DNA of 64,000 nt from NCBI GenBank assembly GCA_036338595.1, contig JAYZBV010000113.1:32001-96000 (forward strand), written 5' to 3'. This document shows, in pieces, positions 28,981 to 37,675 of this stretch. Both the position numbers and the translations under genes were made by a program. The notes beneath the pieces were generated by a model. That model made no database searches. It had not been told where the DNA came from and saw only the letters and a list, made by a program, of their open reading frames with translations. Every line of letters begins with the position of its first letter. The first letter of the stretch is position 1. Source of the DNA: Planctomycetota bacterium (GTDB lineage: Bacteria > Planctomycetota > UBA8108 > UBA1146).

Positions 28981-29571
28981 ATGAGTCAGATCAGCGCCAA
29001 GACCGTAGCAGAACTGAGGAAGAAAACCGGAGTCGGCATGATGGAGTGCAAGAAGGCACTCGGCGAAACCGATGGCGATATCGAGGGGGCCGTAGATTTG
29101 CTGCGAATGCGTGGAGCCCGGATGGCTGCGCAGAAGGCGGATCGCGCCACTAGCCAGGGGTGGATCGGGTCGTACATCCACTCCAATGGTCGAATCGGAG
29201 TTGTCGTGGAAGTACTCTGCGAGACTGACTTCGTGGCAAAGAATGAACATTTCCAGGTTCTCATCAAAGATATTGCAATGCACATCGCAGCGATGAATCC
29301 ACTGGCAGTGTCATCCGATCAGCTCGATCAATCCGATGTCGAGCGCGAGAGAGCCGTTTTTGAAGAACAGGTAAAAGACAAGCCCGAGAATATTCAGGGC
29401 AACATTGTCGAGGGTAAGTTGCAGAAGTACTACAGCGAGGTTTGCTTGCTCAATCAGGCCTTCATCAAGGATGACAAGAAGAGTATCGAGCAGGTGATTC
29501 AGGATGCCATCGCGTTGATTGGCGAGAACATCCAGTTGACTCGCTTCCACCGGCTAGAGATCGGCCAGTAG
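28981..29571 (+). CDS. tsf: elongation factor Ts (short form)
   Basis: V.ELR.KTG.GMMECKKAL, SYIH..GRIGV, CETDFVA, IGENI. Confidence 0.97.
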   Translation: MSQISAKTVAELRKKTGVGMMECKKALGETDGDIEGAVDLLRMRGARMAAQKADRATSQGWIGSYIHSNGRIGVVVEVLCETDFVAKNEHFQVLIKDIAMHIAAMNPLAVSSDQLDQSDVERERAVFEEQVKDKPENIQGNIVEGKLQKYYSEVCLLNQAFIKDDKKSIEQVIQDAIALIGENIQLTRFHRLEIGQ

Positions 29572-29613
29572 GCACCCGCGTTCCATGGCTCGGTCCGGAA
29601 TGGACAGGATTTC

Positions 29614-30342
29614 ATGGCAATAGATGTGGTCAGGCGGGTATTGCTGAAATTGAGTGGTGAGGCGCTCGGCGGTCCCTCAGGCACCGGGCTAGACCACCTG
29701 GCATTGACGGCCATTTCCTCCCAGATCGCCAAAGCCTCAGGATCCGTCGAACTTGCCATCGTTGTCGGAGCGGGCAACATCTGCAGGGGAGCCGACTGGG
29801 ATTCGGAAAGTTTCCACAGGACCGACGCCGATGCCATCGGTATGGCGGCCACCCATGTCAACGCACTGGCTCTCAGTGCCCATCTCGGATTCGCTGGACT
29901 CGATACGATGGTGATGGGCGCTGGTTCCCCGGTTCCCCAGGTCCGCCCCTTCGATTCGGGCCTCGCCAGGGAGGCGCTGGCTGCAGGGACAACCGTGGTA
30001 CTTTCAGGCGGCACCGGAAATCCATTTTTCACCACGGATACCTGTGCTGCACTTCGGGCTGCGGAACTGAACTGTACTGAACTTCTCAAGGGGACAAAGC
30101 ATGACGGCATCTATGATCGAGATCCTGCCGAGCACCCGGATGCTCGAAGACTGGATAGCACAACCTTTGACCACGTCCTGGAGCAGGGGCTCGAGGCGAT
30201 GGATGCCTCCGCATTCGCCCTTTGCCGAGATCAGCAGATTTCGCTTCGTATCTTTGACATGACCCGTGAGAATGCAATCCATGAGGCCCTGCGCGGCGAG
30301 CCCGTGGGGTCCTTGATCAGTCAGAAATCAGCAACATCATAG
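29614..30342 (+). CDS. pyrH: UMP kinase
   Basis: RVLLKLSGEAL, GAGNI.RG, D.IGMAAT..N, GTGNPFFTTDT. Confidence 0.95.
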   Translation: MAIDVVRRVLLKLSGEALGGPSGTGLDHLALTAISSQIAKASGSVELAIVVGAGNICRGADWDSESFHRTDADAIGMAATHVNALALSAHLGFAGLDTMVMGAGSPVPQVRPFDSGLAREALAAGTTVVLSGGTGNPFFTTDTCAALRAAELNCTELLKGTKHDGIYDRDPAEHPDARRLDSTTFDHVLEQGLEAMDASAFALCRDQQISLRIFDMTRENAIHEALRGEPVGSLISQKSATS

Positions 30343-30356
30343 CGTGGAGGTTCAAG

Positions 30357-30911
30357 GTGGAGGAAGTCATCATCGATGCCGAGGAGCGCATGACCAAGGC
30401 GCTGGATCATCTCCGTGTGGAGATGAGAAGCATGCGTACCGGCAGGGCACACCCCGGATTGGTCGAGTCAATCAGAGTCGATTACTACGGTACACAAACC
30501 CCATTGAAACAACTGGCCAACATCTCTGTCCCGGAACCCGACCAGATCGTCGTAAAACCATTCGATGCCAGCGCGATTGCAGACATCGAGAAGGGGATCC
30601 TCACTTCGGATCTGGGGATAACGCCACAGAATGATGGGAAGTTGCTCCGTTTGAAGGTTCCTCCCCTGTCGGAAGAGCGGCGCAAACAGCTCGTCTCCAG
30701 GGCGAAAGAGGTCGCGGAGGAGTCCAGGGTATCGATGCGCAACATCCGCAGGGATGCCAACAAGCACATCGATACCTCCAAGAAGGACGGGGATCTCTCT
30801 GAAGATGATCAGGCGAGGTTCAAGGATCAGATCCAGGAAGTCCTCAAATCAGTAGAGAAACAGGTCGATGAGGACCTGAAGCGAAAGACAGAAGAGTTGA
30901 TGGAGATCTGA
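30357..30911 (+). CDS. frr: ribosome recycling factor
   Basis: RTGRA, VDYYG..TPL.QLA, LGITPQNDG, PPLSEERRK, RNIRRDAN. Confidence 0.97.
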   Translation: MEEVIIDAEERMTKALDHLRVEMRSMRTGRAHPGLVESIRVDYYGTQTPLKQLANISVPEPDQIVVKPFDASAIADIEKGILTSDLGITPQNDGKLLRLKVPPLSEERRKQLVSRAKEVAEESRVSMRNIRRDANKHIDTSKKDGDLSEDDQARFKDQIQEVLKSVEKQVDEDLKRKTEELMEI

Positions 30912-30929
30912 TCAGAGAGAGGGAAGACA

Positions 30930-30958
30930 TTGACGGACCCAACGTGGGTCGGTACATT
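30930..30958 (+). promoter_or_regulatory. sigma70-type promoter for tRNA-Lys/tRNA-Glu
   Basis: TTGACG-N17-TACATT, 12 nt upstream of tRNA-Lys. Confidence 0.7.
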
Positions 30959-30970
30959 TCGTCGCTGCAC

Positions 30971-31043
30971 GGGAGCATAGCTCAGTCGGTAGAGCAACGC
31001 CCTTTTAAGGCGTCGGTCGTTGGTTCGAGCCCAACTGCTCTCA
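30971..31043 (+). tRNA. tRNA-Lys(TTT)
   Basis: GGGAGCA/TGCTCTC acceptor stem, ACGCC-CT-TTT-AA-GGCGT anticodon arm, GGTTCGAGCC T-loop. Confidence 0.95.
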
Positions 31044-31054
31044 CTTGAAATCGA

Positions 31055-31129
31055 GGCCCCATCGTCTAGTCAGGTCTAGGACATCAGGTTTTCATCCTGA
31101 GAACAGGGGTTCGAATCCCCTTGGGGTCA
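31055..31129 (+). tRNA. tRNA-Glu(TTC)
   Basis: GGCCCCA/TGGGGTC acceptor stem, TCAGG-TT-TTC-AT-CCTGA anticodon arm, GGTTCGAATCC T-loop. Confidence 0.95.
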
Positions 31130-31136
31130 AAAATGG

Positions 31137-31175
31137 AGGGGGTCGATGTTGTCCTGCATCGGCCCCTGTTTCTTT
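31137..31175 (+). terminator. intrinsic terminator after the tRNA pair
   Basis: GGGGTCGATG...CATCGGCCCC stem followed by TGTTTCTTT. Confidence 0.7.
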
Positions 31176-31365
31176 GCCGGAGCCACCCACGAGGCGAAAA
31201 ATCTGCTTCCCTGGCCGCTTCTATCGCGCTGCCTTCGCCAGGAGACGGTCGGATGCTCCACGGGCCCCAGGAATCAATTCTCGCGGAACCTATCCCTGTG
31301 TACCATCCAGATCCACGGGTCGAGAACCGCGTGGCAATTCGTCCAGTTATGGAGAGGGATATCCA

Positions 31366-32532
31366 ATGGAGCCTTTCGAGGGGTCTGACTTCTACAACCT
31401 GGATGATCTGTTCACGGAGGAGCAGCGCCTCATCCGGGATACGGTCCGTGACTTTGTCGAAGATCAGGTGATCCCCGTGATCGAGGATTGTTTCATGGAG
31501 GATCGCTTTCCAGATCAGGTCATTCCTGCCCTGGGCGAACTGGGCTTGCTCGGTGCCAATCTCCAGGGCTATGAGTGTGCTGGATTGGATAACATCTCCT
31601 ACGGATTGATCATGCAGGAACTCGAAAGAGGTGATAGTGGCTTGCGTTCCTTCGTGAGCGTTCAGGGTGGTCTCGTGATGTATCCCATCCATCGATATGG
31701 AAGTGATGAACAGAAACAGAAGTTCCTCCCCGAACTGGCTGCCGGGCGAATGATTGGTTGTTTCGGCCTGACAGAGCCGGACCACGGCTCCGATCCCAGC
31801 GGCATGATCACCCACGCTGTGCTGGATGGGGATGAGTACATTCTGAACGGCAACAAGATGTGGATTACCAACGGGTGCGTCAGTGACGTTGCCGTTGTCT
31901 GGGCCAAATTGGATGGCCGTATTCGTGGCTTTCTGGTCGAAAAAGGCACGGAGGGTTTTTCGACGACGAAGCAGGGCAAGAAGTTCTCACTGAGGGCATC
32001 GACAACATCGGAGCTGCACTTTCAGGATTGCCGAATTCCAGCGGAAAACCTGCTGCCTGGTGCCGACGGACTCGGCGGACCGCTCTCATGCTTGACGCAG
32101 GCGCGCTACGGAATCGCCTGGGGCGTGGTCGGATCCGCAATGGCTTCATTTGATGCTGCCAGGAAATACTCTCTGAGTCGCATCCAGTTTGATAAACCCA
32201 TCGGCAGTTTCCAGCTGGTACAGGCAAAGTTAGCCGAGATGCTCTCGGAGATCACCAAGGCTCAGCTGCTGTGCCTTCGTCTTGCCCAGTTGAAGGACTC
32301 CGGGAAGATGACCGCCCAGCACGTCTCATTGTCGAAACGTAACAATGTTTACTGGGCGCTAGAGATCGCTCGTTCTGCCAGAGATCTTCTCGGTGCAAAT
32401 GGGGTCACGCATGAATACCCGGTGGGTAGGCACATGCTCAACCTCGAATCGGTGAAGACCTACGAGGGCACTCACGACATTCATACCCTGATCCTCGGGC
32501 ACGAGATCACGGGAATACCCGCATACAAGTAG
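31366..32532 (+). CDS. acyl-CoA dehydrogenase, glutaryl-CoA dehydrogenase-like
   Basis: ELERGDSG.RSFVSVQ, GCFGLTEPDHGSDP, KMWITNG, CL..ARYGIAWG, TYEGTHDIH. Confidence 0.9.
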   Translation: MEPFEGSDFYNLDDLFTEEQRLIRDTVRDFVEDQVIPVIEDCFMEDRFPDQVIPALGELGLLGANLQGYECAGLDNISYGLIMQELERGDSGLRSFVSVQGGLVMYPIHRYGSDEQKQKFLPELAAGRMIGCFGLTEPDHGSDPSGMITHAVLDGDEYILNGNKMWITNGCVSDVAVVWAKLDGRIRGFLVEKGTEGFSTTKQGKKFSLRASTTSELHFQDCRIPAENLLPGADGLGGPLSCLTQARYGIAWGVVGSAMASFDAARKYSLSRIQFDKPIGSFQLVQAKLAEMLSEITKAQLLCLRLAQLKDSGKMTAQHVSLSKRNNVYWALEIARSARDLLGANGVTHEYPVGRHMLNLESVKTYEGTHDIHTLILGHEITGIPAYK

Positions 32533-32631
32533 TTCGAACGCACTGGTGGGTGTGACCTCTGAGTTGGATTCGGGTATCATTCTGGTATACCCGATCAGCG
32601 ATCTGGTATTGCCCAGAGGAAGCGGGGAAGA

Positions 32632-34875
32632 GTGAGCGCAGCATCTGATTTCATCAGTAAATTTCGACATACGTCTCTGGATAGATTCGAGGCCAGGCAT
32701 CGGCTGCGAAGTGTCACAGGTTTCATCGAGGATTTTCTATCGAGTCCGTATCCCTATCTGAGAAATTCTCCCCGATACCTCTGTGACATGTTCGAGTATT
32801 ACGGAACTGAGGAGGTTCAACGGGTCGGAATGATCGACCGTCGGTGGAAACTCTTCAATCTTGGCTTCTCTCGAGCAGAGGAGTCGCTCGTTGCGCAGGA
32901 AAGGGTCCAGAATTCGATCTATCTGAAGTTGCGACAGTTCGCCAGAAATGGGATCGCGGATCGGTTGATCTTGCTTCACGGGCCCAATGGATCCGCCAAA
33001 TCAACGACCATCCAGTCGATCATGCACGCCATGACTCACTACAGCACCCTTCTCGAGGGTTCGATGTACAGATTCAACTGGATCTTTCCGCTCAAATCGA
33101 GCGAGGCGGGCAAGATCGGATTTGAAGAGGATGAAGGTTCAGAAAGCGGCACCTACGCTTTCCTCAAGGCCGAGGATATCGGGTCCATCATTCGCTGCGA
33201 GTTGAAAGACTCGCCATTGTTCCTCATTCCAAGACAGGAGCGAAAGGAACTGATTGACCGAGCCATGGCTGCTCACCCTGAAATCGCCGAGATGGATCAA
33301 TTCAATTACGATTGGGCCATTCATGGTGACCTGAGTCAGAAGAGCAAATGGATCTACGAAGCGTTGCTGGCTGCGAATCAAGGCGACTGGAGCAAGGTGA
33401 TGCGCCACATCCAGGTCGAACGTTTCTTCCACTCAAAACGATACCGGCTTGGATGTATCAGCATTGAACCCCAGGGGAATATTGATGCCCAGACACGATT
33501 GATGGCATACGAAGGCAATGCTTTACCCGGCGTGCTTCATGGAATGCCCCTCTACGAGCTGGAGGGGGAACTGGTCGACTCCAATCGGGGACTGTGTGAA
33601 TACTCTGATTTCCTCAAGCGTCCTCCCGAGACCAATAAATACCTGCTCACCACATCAGAAAAGGGCACGATCCAACTACCCAATTACAGGGCACATCTCG
33701 ACATCGTACTGACCGGCACTGCCAACGAGAAACAACTCAATCTGTTCAAGAGAACTCCAGATTTCTCATCCTTCAAGGGAAGACTCAGCTTTGTCAGGGT
33801 TCCATACCTGTTGCAGTACTCCAGAGAAGCGGAACTGTACCAGCGTAATATTCAGACACATGCGATCGGAAAATCCGTAGCGCCCCATACCGCAGAAATG
33901 ACTGCACTGTGGGCCGTCCTGACCAGACTCAAGAGACCGTCTCCGAAGAATCACCACCCTGATCTGGCTCCGGTTGTCGCGCGACTGACGCCGATGCAAA
34001 AGGCACTCCTCTATGACCACGGCGAGACCCCATCCGAGTTCAAGGCCGATGATCAAAAATTGCTCAGTCAGAACATTCGTGCATTGCGAGAAGAACACGA
34101 GGAGGCAGAGGGGGAGTTTGAAGGAATTTACGGTTCTGAATACGAGGGGCGTAGAGGAGTTTCTCCTCGAGAGATGATCACCATGATAGCACTGGCGGCT
34201 GAGGACAGTACTCGATCATGTCTATCTCCGCTGACCATGTTCGAGGAGATCGAGAGTTTCATCAAAGAATCTAGCGTTCACGACTTTCTCAGGTTGCCAG
34301 TTGATAACGGATATAACGATTGTGCCCAGTTCATCGACCAAGTTCGCTCACACTATCTTGAAATCGTAAGACACGAGATATTTGATAGCATCGGACTGGT
34401 AGACGAAGCTGAGTTTGACAGGATCTTCGGTGATTACTTCAAGCACATCAAAGCGTTTGATACCGGCACCACGATCTATCATGAGTCTACTGGTGAGCAT
34501 GTCACAGCTTCTACAGATCTGATGAAGCGGGTAGAAGAGATGCTCGACATCCAGGTGAGTGTCCCCGAATTCCGCTCGGGGTTGTTGAGCAAAATAGGTG
34601 CCTATGCAACGGACAATCCTGATGTCGAGTTGAAGTTCAAGATGGTATTTCCGGATCTCTTCACCAAGCTCAAGAGCTCGATCTGGAATGAACGATCTTC
34701 GACAATGCTACGGATTCAACGCGATGTACTGAGGTACTTCACGGATGAGCGCAGCGCTCTGACCGAAGAAGAGATTGTCACTGCAGAGTCGGTGTTGCGG
34801 CGACTTCAAGAGCGTCACGGATACGACGAAGAGAGCGCCAAGGACATCATCGGGTTCGTGGCTACCAGCAGCTGA
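32632..34875 (+). CDS. PrkA-family AAA+/serine kinase protein
   Basis: LILLHGPNGSAKST, NRG..EYSD.LKRP, KYLL...E, FSSFKGR, VAPH, EGR.G.SPRE, YDEESAKD. Confidence 0.88.
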   Translation: MSAASDFISKFRHTSLDRFEARHRLRSVTGFIEDFLSSPYPYLRNSPRYLCDMFEYYGTEEVQRVGMIDRRWKLFNLGFSRAEESLVAQERVQNSIYLKLRQFARNGIADRLILLHGPNGSAKSTTIQSIMHAMTHYSTLLEGSMYRFNWIFPLKSSEAGKIGFEEDEGSESGTYAFLKAEDIGSIIRCELKDSPLFLIPRQERKELIDRAMAAHPEIAEMDQFNYDWAIHGDLSQKSKWIYEALLAANQGDWSKVMRHIQVERFFHSKRYRLGCISIEPQGNIDAQTRLMAYEGNALPGVLHGMPLYELEGELVDSNRGLCEYSDFLKRPPETNKYLLTTSEKGTIQLPNYRAHLDIVLTGTANEKQLNLFKRTPDFSSFKGRLSFVRVPYLLQYSREAELYQRNIQTHAIGKSVAPHTAEMTALWAVLTRLKRPSPKNHHPDLAPVVARLTPMQKALLYDHGETPSEFKADDQKLLSQNIRALREEHEEAEGEFEGIYGSEYEGRRGVSPREMITMIALAAEDSTRSCLSPLTMFEEIESFIKESSVHDFLRLPVDNGYNDCAQFIDQVRSHYLEIVRHEIFDSIGLVDEAEFDRIFGDYFKHIKAFDTGTTIYHESTGEHVTASTDLMKRVEEMLDIQVSVPEFRSGLLSKIGAYATDNPDVELKFKMVFPDLFTKLKSSIWNERSSTMLRIQRDVLRYFTDERSALTEEEIVTAESVLRRLQERHGYDEESAKDIIGFVATSS

Positions 34876-34892
34876 GGGATATCTCAGTCGAT

Positions 34893-35972
34893 CTACTTGA
34901 CCGCCTTGAAGTCTGGAGTTGTATCCGACAACTTCTCGAGCCATCTGCGTAAGAAGCCCAGTTCTCGAGATTCAATCCCTGGCATATCTCCATCGAGATC
35001 GCCGATCGATTCTCTCACCCGCTGGATGACGTCATCCTGGGTCAAGCCCTCTGCATCCGCGTGCACGCTGAGCACGATACGGTGACGTAGTGACGGCAGG
35101 ATCACCTCGTCCAGGTCTTCAGCGATCACCGTGTTTCTACCTCGCAATGCAGCCAGTGCCCTTGAAGTGGTGAGCATCGTCTGGATTCCTCGTGGGCCTG
35201 CACCATGAGACAGCAACTCCCTGGCCACATCGCTGCCGTCTTCTTCACCGGGGCGAGTGGCTCGCACCAGCCGTATCGCCCTGAGTAGAACCCAGTCCGG
35301 GATCTCAACCTTGCGGATCTCTTCGATCGCTTCCGTGATCCAGGATCCCGGAATCACCGGCTGAAGTGGTTCCTCGATGCGTGCAGTCGTGCTGGATACC
35401 ACATCCAGTTCCTCAGATGCGTCGGGGTAATCCAGCATCACCTGGAAGGCAAATCGGTCCAGCTGGGTCGATGGAAGCGCATAGGTGCCTTCCTGATCGA
35501 GCGGATTCTGTGTTGCCATGACGAAAAAAGGTACGGGCAGTTTGTGTCTACGGCCCATCACAGTGACCTGTCCCTCTTCCATCGCTTCCAGTAATGCGGC
35601 CTGAGTCTTGGGAGGTGTACGGTTGATTTCGTCGCCCAGCATCAAGTTGGCGAAGAGTGGCCCTTTCCTGAAACGAAAGCCCCGGTCCGATCCAGCGGAG
35701 TCTGCAGTCAGGATCGAAGTTCCGGTGATGTCCTGAGGCATCAGGTCAGGAGTGAATTGCACCCTGCTAAATTGCAAATCCAGAAGTTCAGAAAGTGACC
35801 GGATCATCAGGGTCTTGGCCAGACCTGGAACGCCAATCACGAGAATGTGTCCTCCGGCAAAGAATGCGGTGAGAATCTGCTGAATTGCGGAATCCTGGCC
35901 GATGATCCTCGTCGACAGTCCTTCCCGGATGCGCTGCTGGACCGCAGCCAGTCCGCCGTAATCAGCGTCCAT
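34893..35972 (-). CDS. MoxR-family AAA+ ATPase
   Basis: IIGQ, GVPGLAKT, RVQFTPDLMP.DITG, DEINRTPPKTQAALLEAMEE, ATQNP, QLDRF. Confidence 0.93.
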   Translation of the reverse strand: MDADYGGLAAVQQRIREGLSTRIIGQDSAIQQILTAFFAGGHILVIGVPGLAKTLMIRSLSELLDLQFSRVQFTPDLMPQDITGTSILTADSAGSDRGFRFRKGPLFANLMLGDEINRTPPKTQAALLEAMEEGQVTVMGRRHKLPVPFFVMATQNPLDQEGTYALPSTQLDRFAFQVMLDYPDASEELDVVSSTTARIEEPLQPVIPGSWITEAIEEIRKVEIPDWVLLRAIRLVRATRPGEEDGSDVARELLSHGAGPRGIQTMLTTSRALAALRGRNTVIAEDLDEVILPSLRHRIVLSVHADAEGLTQDDVIQRVRESIGDLDGDMPGIESRELGFLRRWLEKLSDTTPDFKAVK

Positions 35973-36780
35973 CGGTTTCCTCTTCCTCGCGTGCTTTTCC
36001 CTGCTGATACCATTCTTCCAACTGGTCAAGATCTGCGCTGATGTCGCCCCCGAGTTGTTCATCGATGTAAGAAAACCGATGACGAAAGCGCTCGAGGGAG
36101 TCGTTGAGCGCCTGCTCGGGATCGATATCCAGTTTTCTGGAGATACTGGAGGCCGCAAATAGCAGGTCTCCTATCTCATGGTGAATCGCACTCTGGTTCG
36201 CATCTCTCACCGCTTCCGTCAACTCTGCCACCTCTTCCGTCAACTTATCCAGTGCGCCACCCAGTGCAGGCCAGTCGAAACCGACCTCTGCCGCCATCTT
36301 GCCGACCCTGTCTGCTCGCGCCAGAGCGGGCAAGGAGGCGGGCAGGGTTCTGATTGTCGGAGAGTGTTGGTTCACCTCTCCCTTTTCCTGGCTCTTGATC
36401 TGATCCCAGTTCCTACGGACCGCATCGGGATCGTCGGCTACCCCATCCGCAAAAACATGAGGATGTCTTCGAATTAACTTTTCGGAAATTCCATGTGCAA
36501 TATTTTCCAGCGTGAACTCGCCGCTTTCTTCGCCAATACGCGCTTGTAGGTGGATGTTCATCAGAAGATCACCCAGTTCCTCGCAGATCCGTTCCGGGTC
36601 TCCCGAATGTATCGCCTCTGCCGCTTCGTGGGCCTCCTCCAGCAGGAATGGCTTCAGGCTCTCGGCGGTCTGCGCAAGATCCCATGGGCATCCTCCAGGA
36701 GATCGGAGCCGATCGATGATCCCCTTGAGTCGAGCCATCTCGAGCATCGGGGAAGGCTTCGGAAGATCTCTGGAGGTCAT
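35962..36780 (-). CDS. mazG: nucleoside triphosphate pyrophosphohydrolase (tandem domain)
   Basis: LRSPGGCPWD..QT, EEAHE, EELGDLL, KLIRRHPHVF, GFDW, EEVAE, EIGDLLF. Confidence 0.95.
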   Translation of the reverse strand: MTSRDLPKPSPMLEMARLKGIIDRLRSPGGCPWDLAQTAESLKPFLLEEAHEAAEAIHSGDPERICEELGDLLMNIHLQARIGEESGEFTLENIAHGISEKLIRRHPHVFADGVADDPDAVRRNWDQIKSQEKGEVNQHSPTIRTLPASLPALARADRVGKMAAEVGFDWPALGGALDKLTEEVAELTEAVRDANQSAIHHEIGDLLFAASSISRKLDIDPEQALNDSLERFRHRFSYIDEQLGGDISADLDQLEEWYQQGKAREEEETDGR

Positions 36781-37010
36781 GAGAAGACGCCTTTCCATTG
36801 CTGACCAGACCCGGACCCCGGACGACCAGTGTCCGGATGACTTTCCAGGATCGTACAGCAGCAGCACAGCATCAAGTCAACACGGGCACTGTATCGCGAG
36901 GTGCTGGACACGAAGGTAGCGGCATGGCGCTTGCAATCATTTCGTTGATCTCCGGGTGCACCGGGCACCGGAGGCGGTAACGGTTCCAGTCCTCACGGGG
37001 TGAAGGAAGA

Positions 37011-37193
37011 GGCGGGGAGGCGTCTCACGGTGTCATCTGGCACCACAGATCAGCTGTCCGGGGAGACGGGGAAGGAAGTGGTCCAACCCCGATGTCAGTA
37101 GAAGAGGGGATCGTCTCGCCAGTGGATCCACTCTCCCCGGTCACAGCTGCCCTGGATCTGGAGAGCCGAGAATCGCGTAGGAAGGGGCCCGCC
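37011..37193. ncRNA. candidate rod-shaped structured RNA (~180 nt); identity and strand unresolved
   Basis: Nested stems GGCGGG/CCCGCC, CAGAT/ATCTG, CAGCTGT/ACAGCTG and CCGGGGAGA/TCTCCCCGG in a ~430-bp gap with no convincing ORF. Confidence 0.35.
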
Positions 37194-37210
37194 GCTGATG
37201 CTAGTGCAGT

Positions 37211-37537
37211 TCACTCACGATCGATCACGATCGCTCTGGGAGGGACCTTGCCGCCTCTGAGGTCGACCAGCCGGATCTTCTTGTCGGTACCCTGAAATAC
37301 CAGCGTGTAGTTGCCCGATGTCCCGTTTGCATGCACCAGTTCCCCGAACTCGGTGGGGATCGTGCCTGCGTTGGTGAAATTCCAACGAGGAGCTTTTTTT
37401 GACTGTGCTGCTGCCGTGCCCTGATTCCGGGAGGAAAGGCCCATCGGGAGGAGCCAGATCACGGCCACAGCCAGTATCAGTGTCGTTCTCAGTAACAGTG
37501 CCGAGGAGCCGCCTGGACCCCTTTTGTGCTCTTGCAT
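37211..37537 (-). CDS. small hypothetical exported/membrane-anchored protein
   Basis: AAAGGA RBS, one hydrophobic segment, short beta-rich C-terminus (IPTEFGELV...LVFQGTDKKIRLV). Confidence 0.7.
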   Translation of the reverse strand: MQEHKRGPGGSSALLLRTTLILAVAVIWLLPMGLSSRNQGTAAAQSKKAPRWNFTNAGTIPTEFGELVHANGTSGNYTLVFQGTDKKIRLVDLRGGKVPPRAIVIDRE

Positions 37538-37675
37538 CTCGTATCCTTTCCTGCAGAAATCGCTCAATTCAGCAACGAGAGGGACTCCTCCGTCGGGAGC
37601 GTTTGATCCGCGTCCTATCTCCACTATAAAATGTGTCGGAGAGCAGACGTACAAATTTCTCGGTGGGAGGGTAGA

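Noticed and set aside
2286..31129. tRNA-anchored integrative element or prophage
   Set aside because: No integrase and no duplicated tRNA 3' end seen; flanking genes are housekeeping
31045..31365. N-terminal extension of the acyl-CoA dehydrogenase ORF
   Set aside because: Overlaps tRNA-Glu and a terminator; the real start is ATG 31366
36777..36968. Cys-rich small ORF (LCCCC) overlapping the mazG start
   Set aside because: No clear RBS or recognisable motif; the Cys run derives from a GCT/TGC microsatellite-like stretch
37060..37190. SRP RNA or TPP/cobalamin riboswitch
   Set aside because: GGAAGGAAG and GCGTAGGAAG fragments occur, but the SRP CAGG..GGAA stem and the TPP CTGAGA / cobalamin core elements could not be assembled
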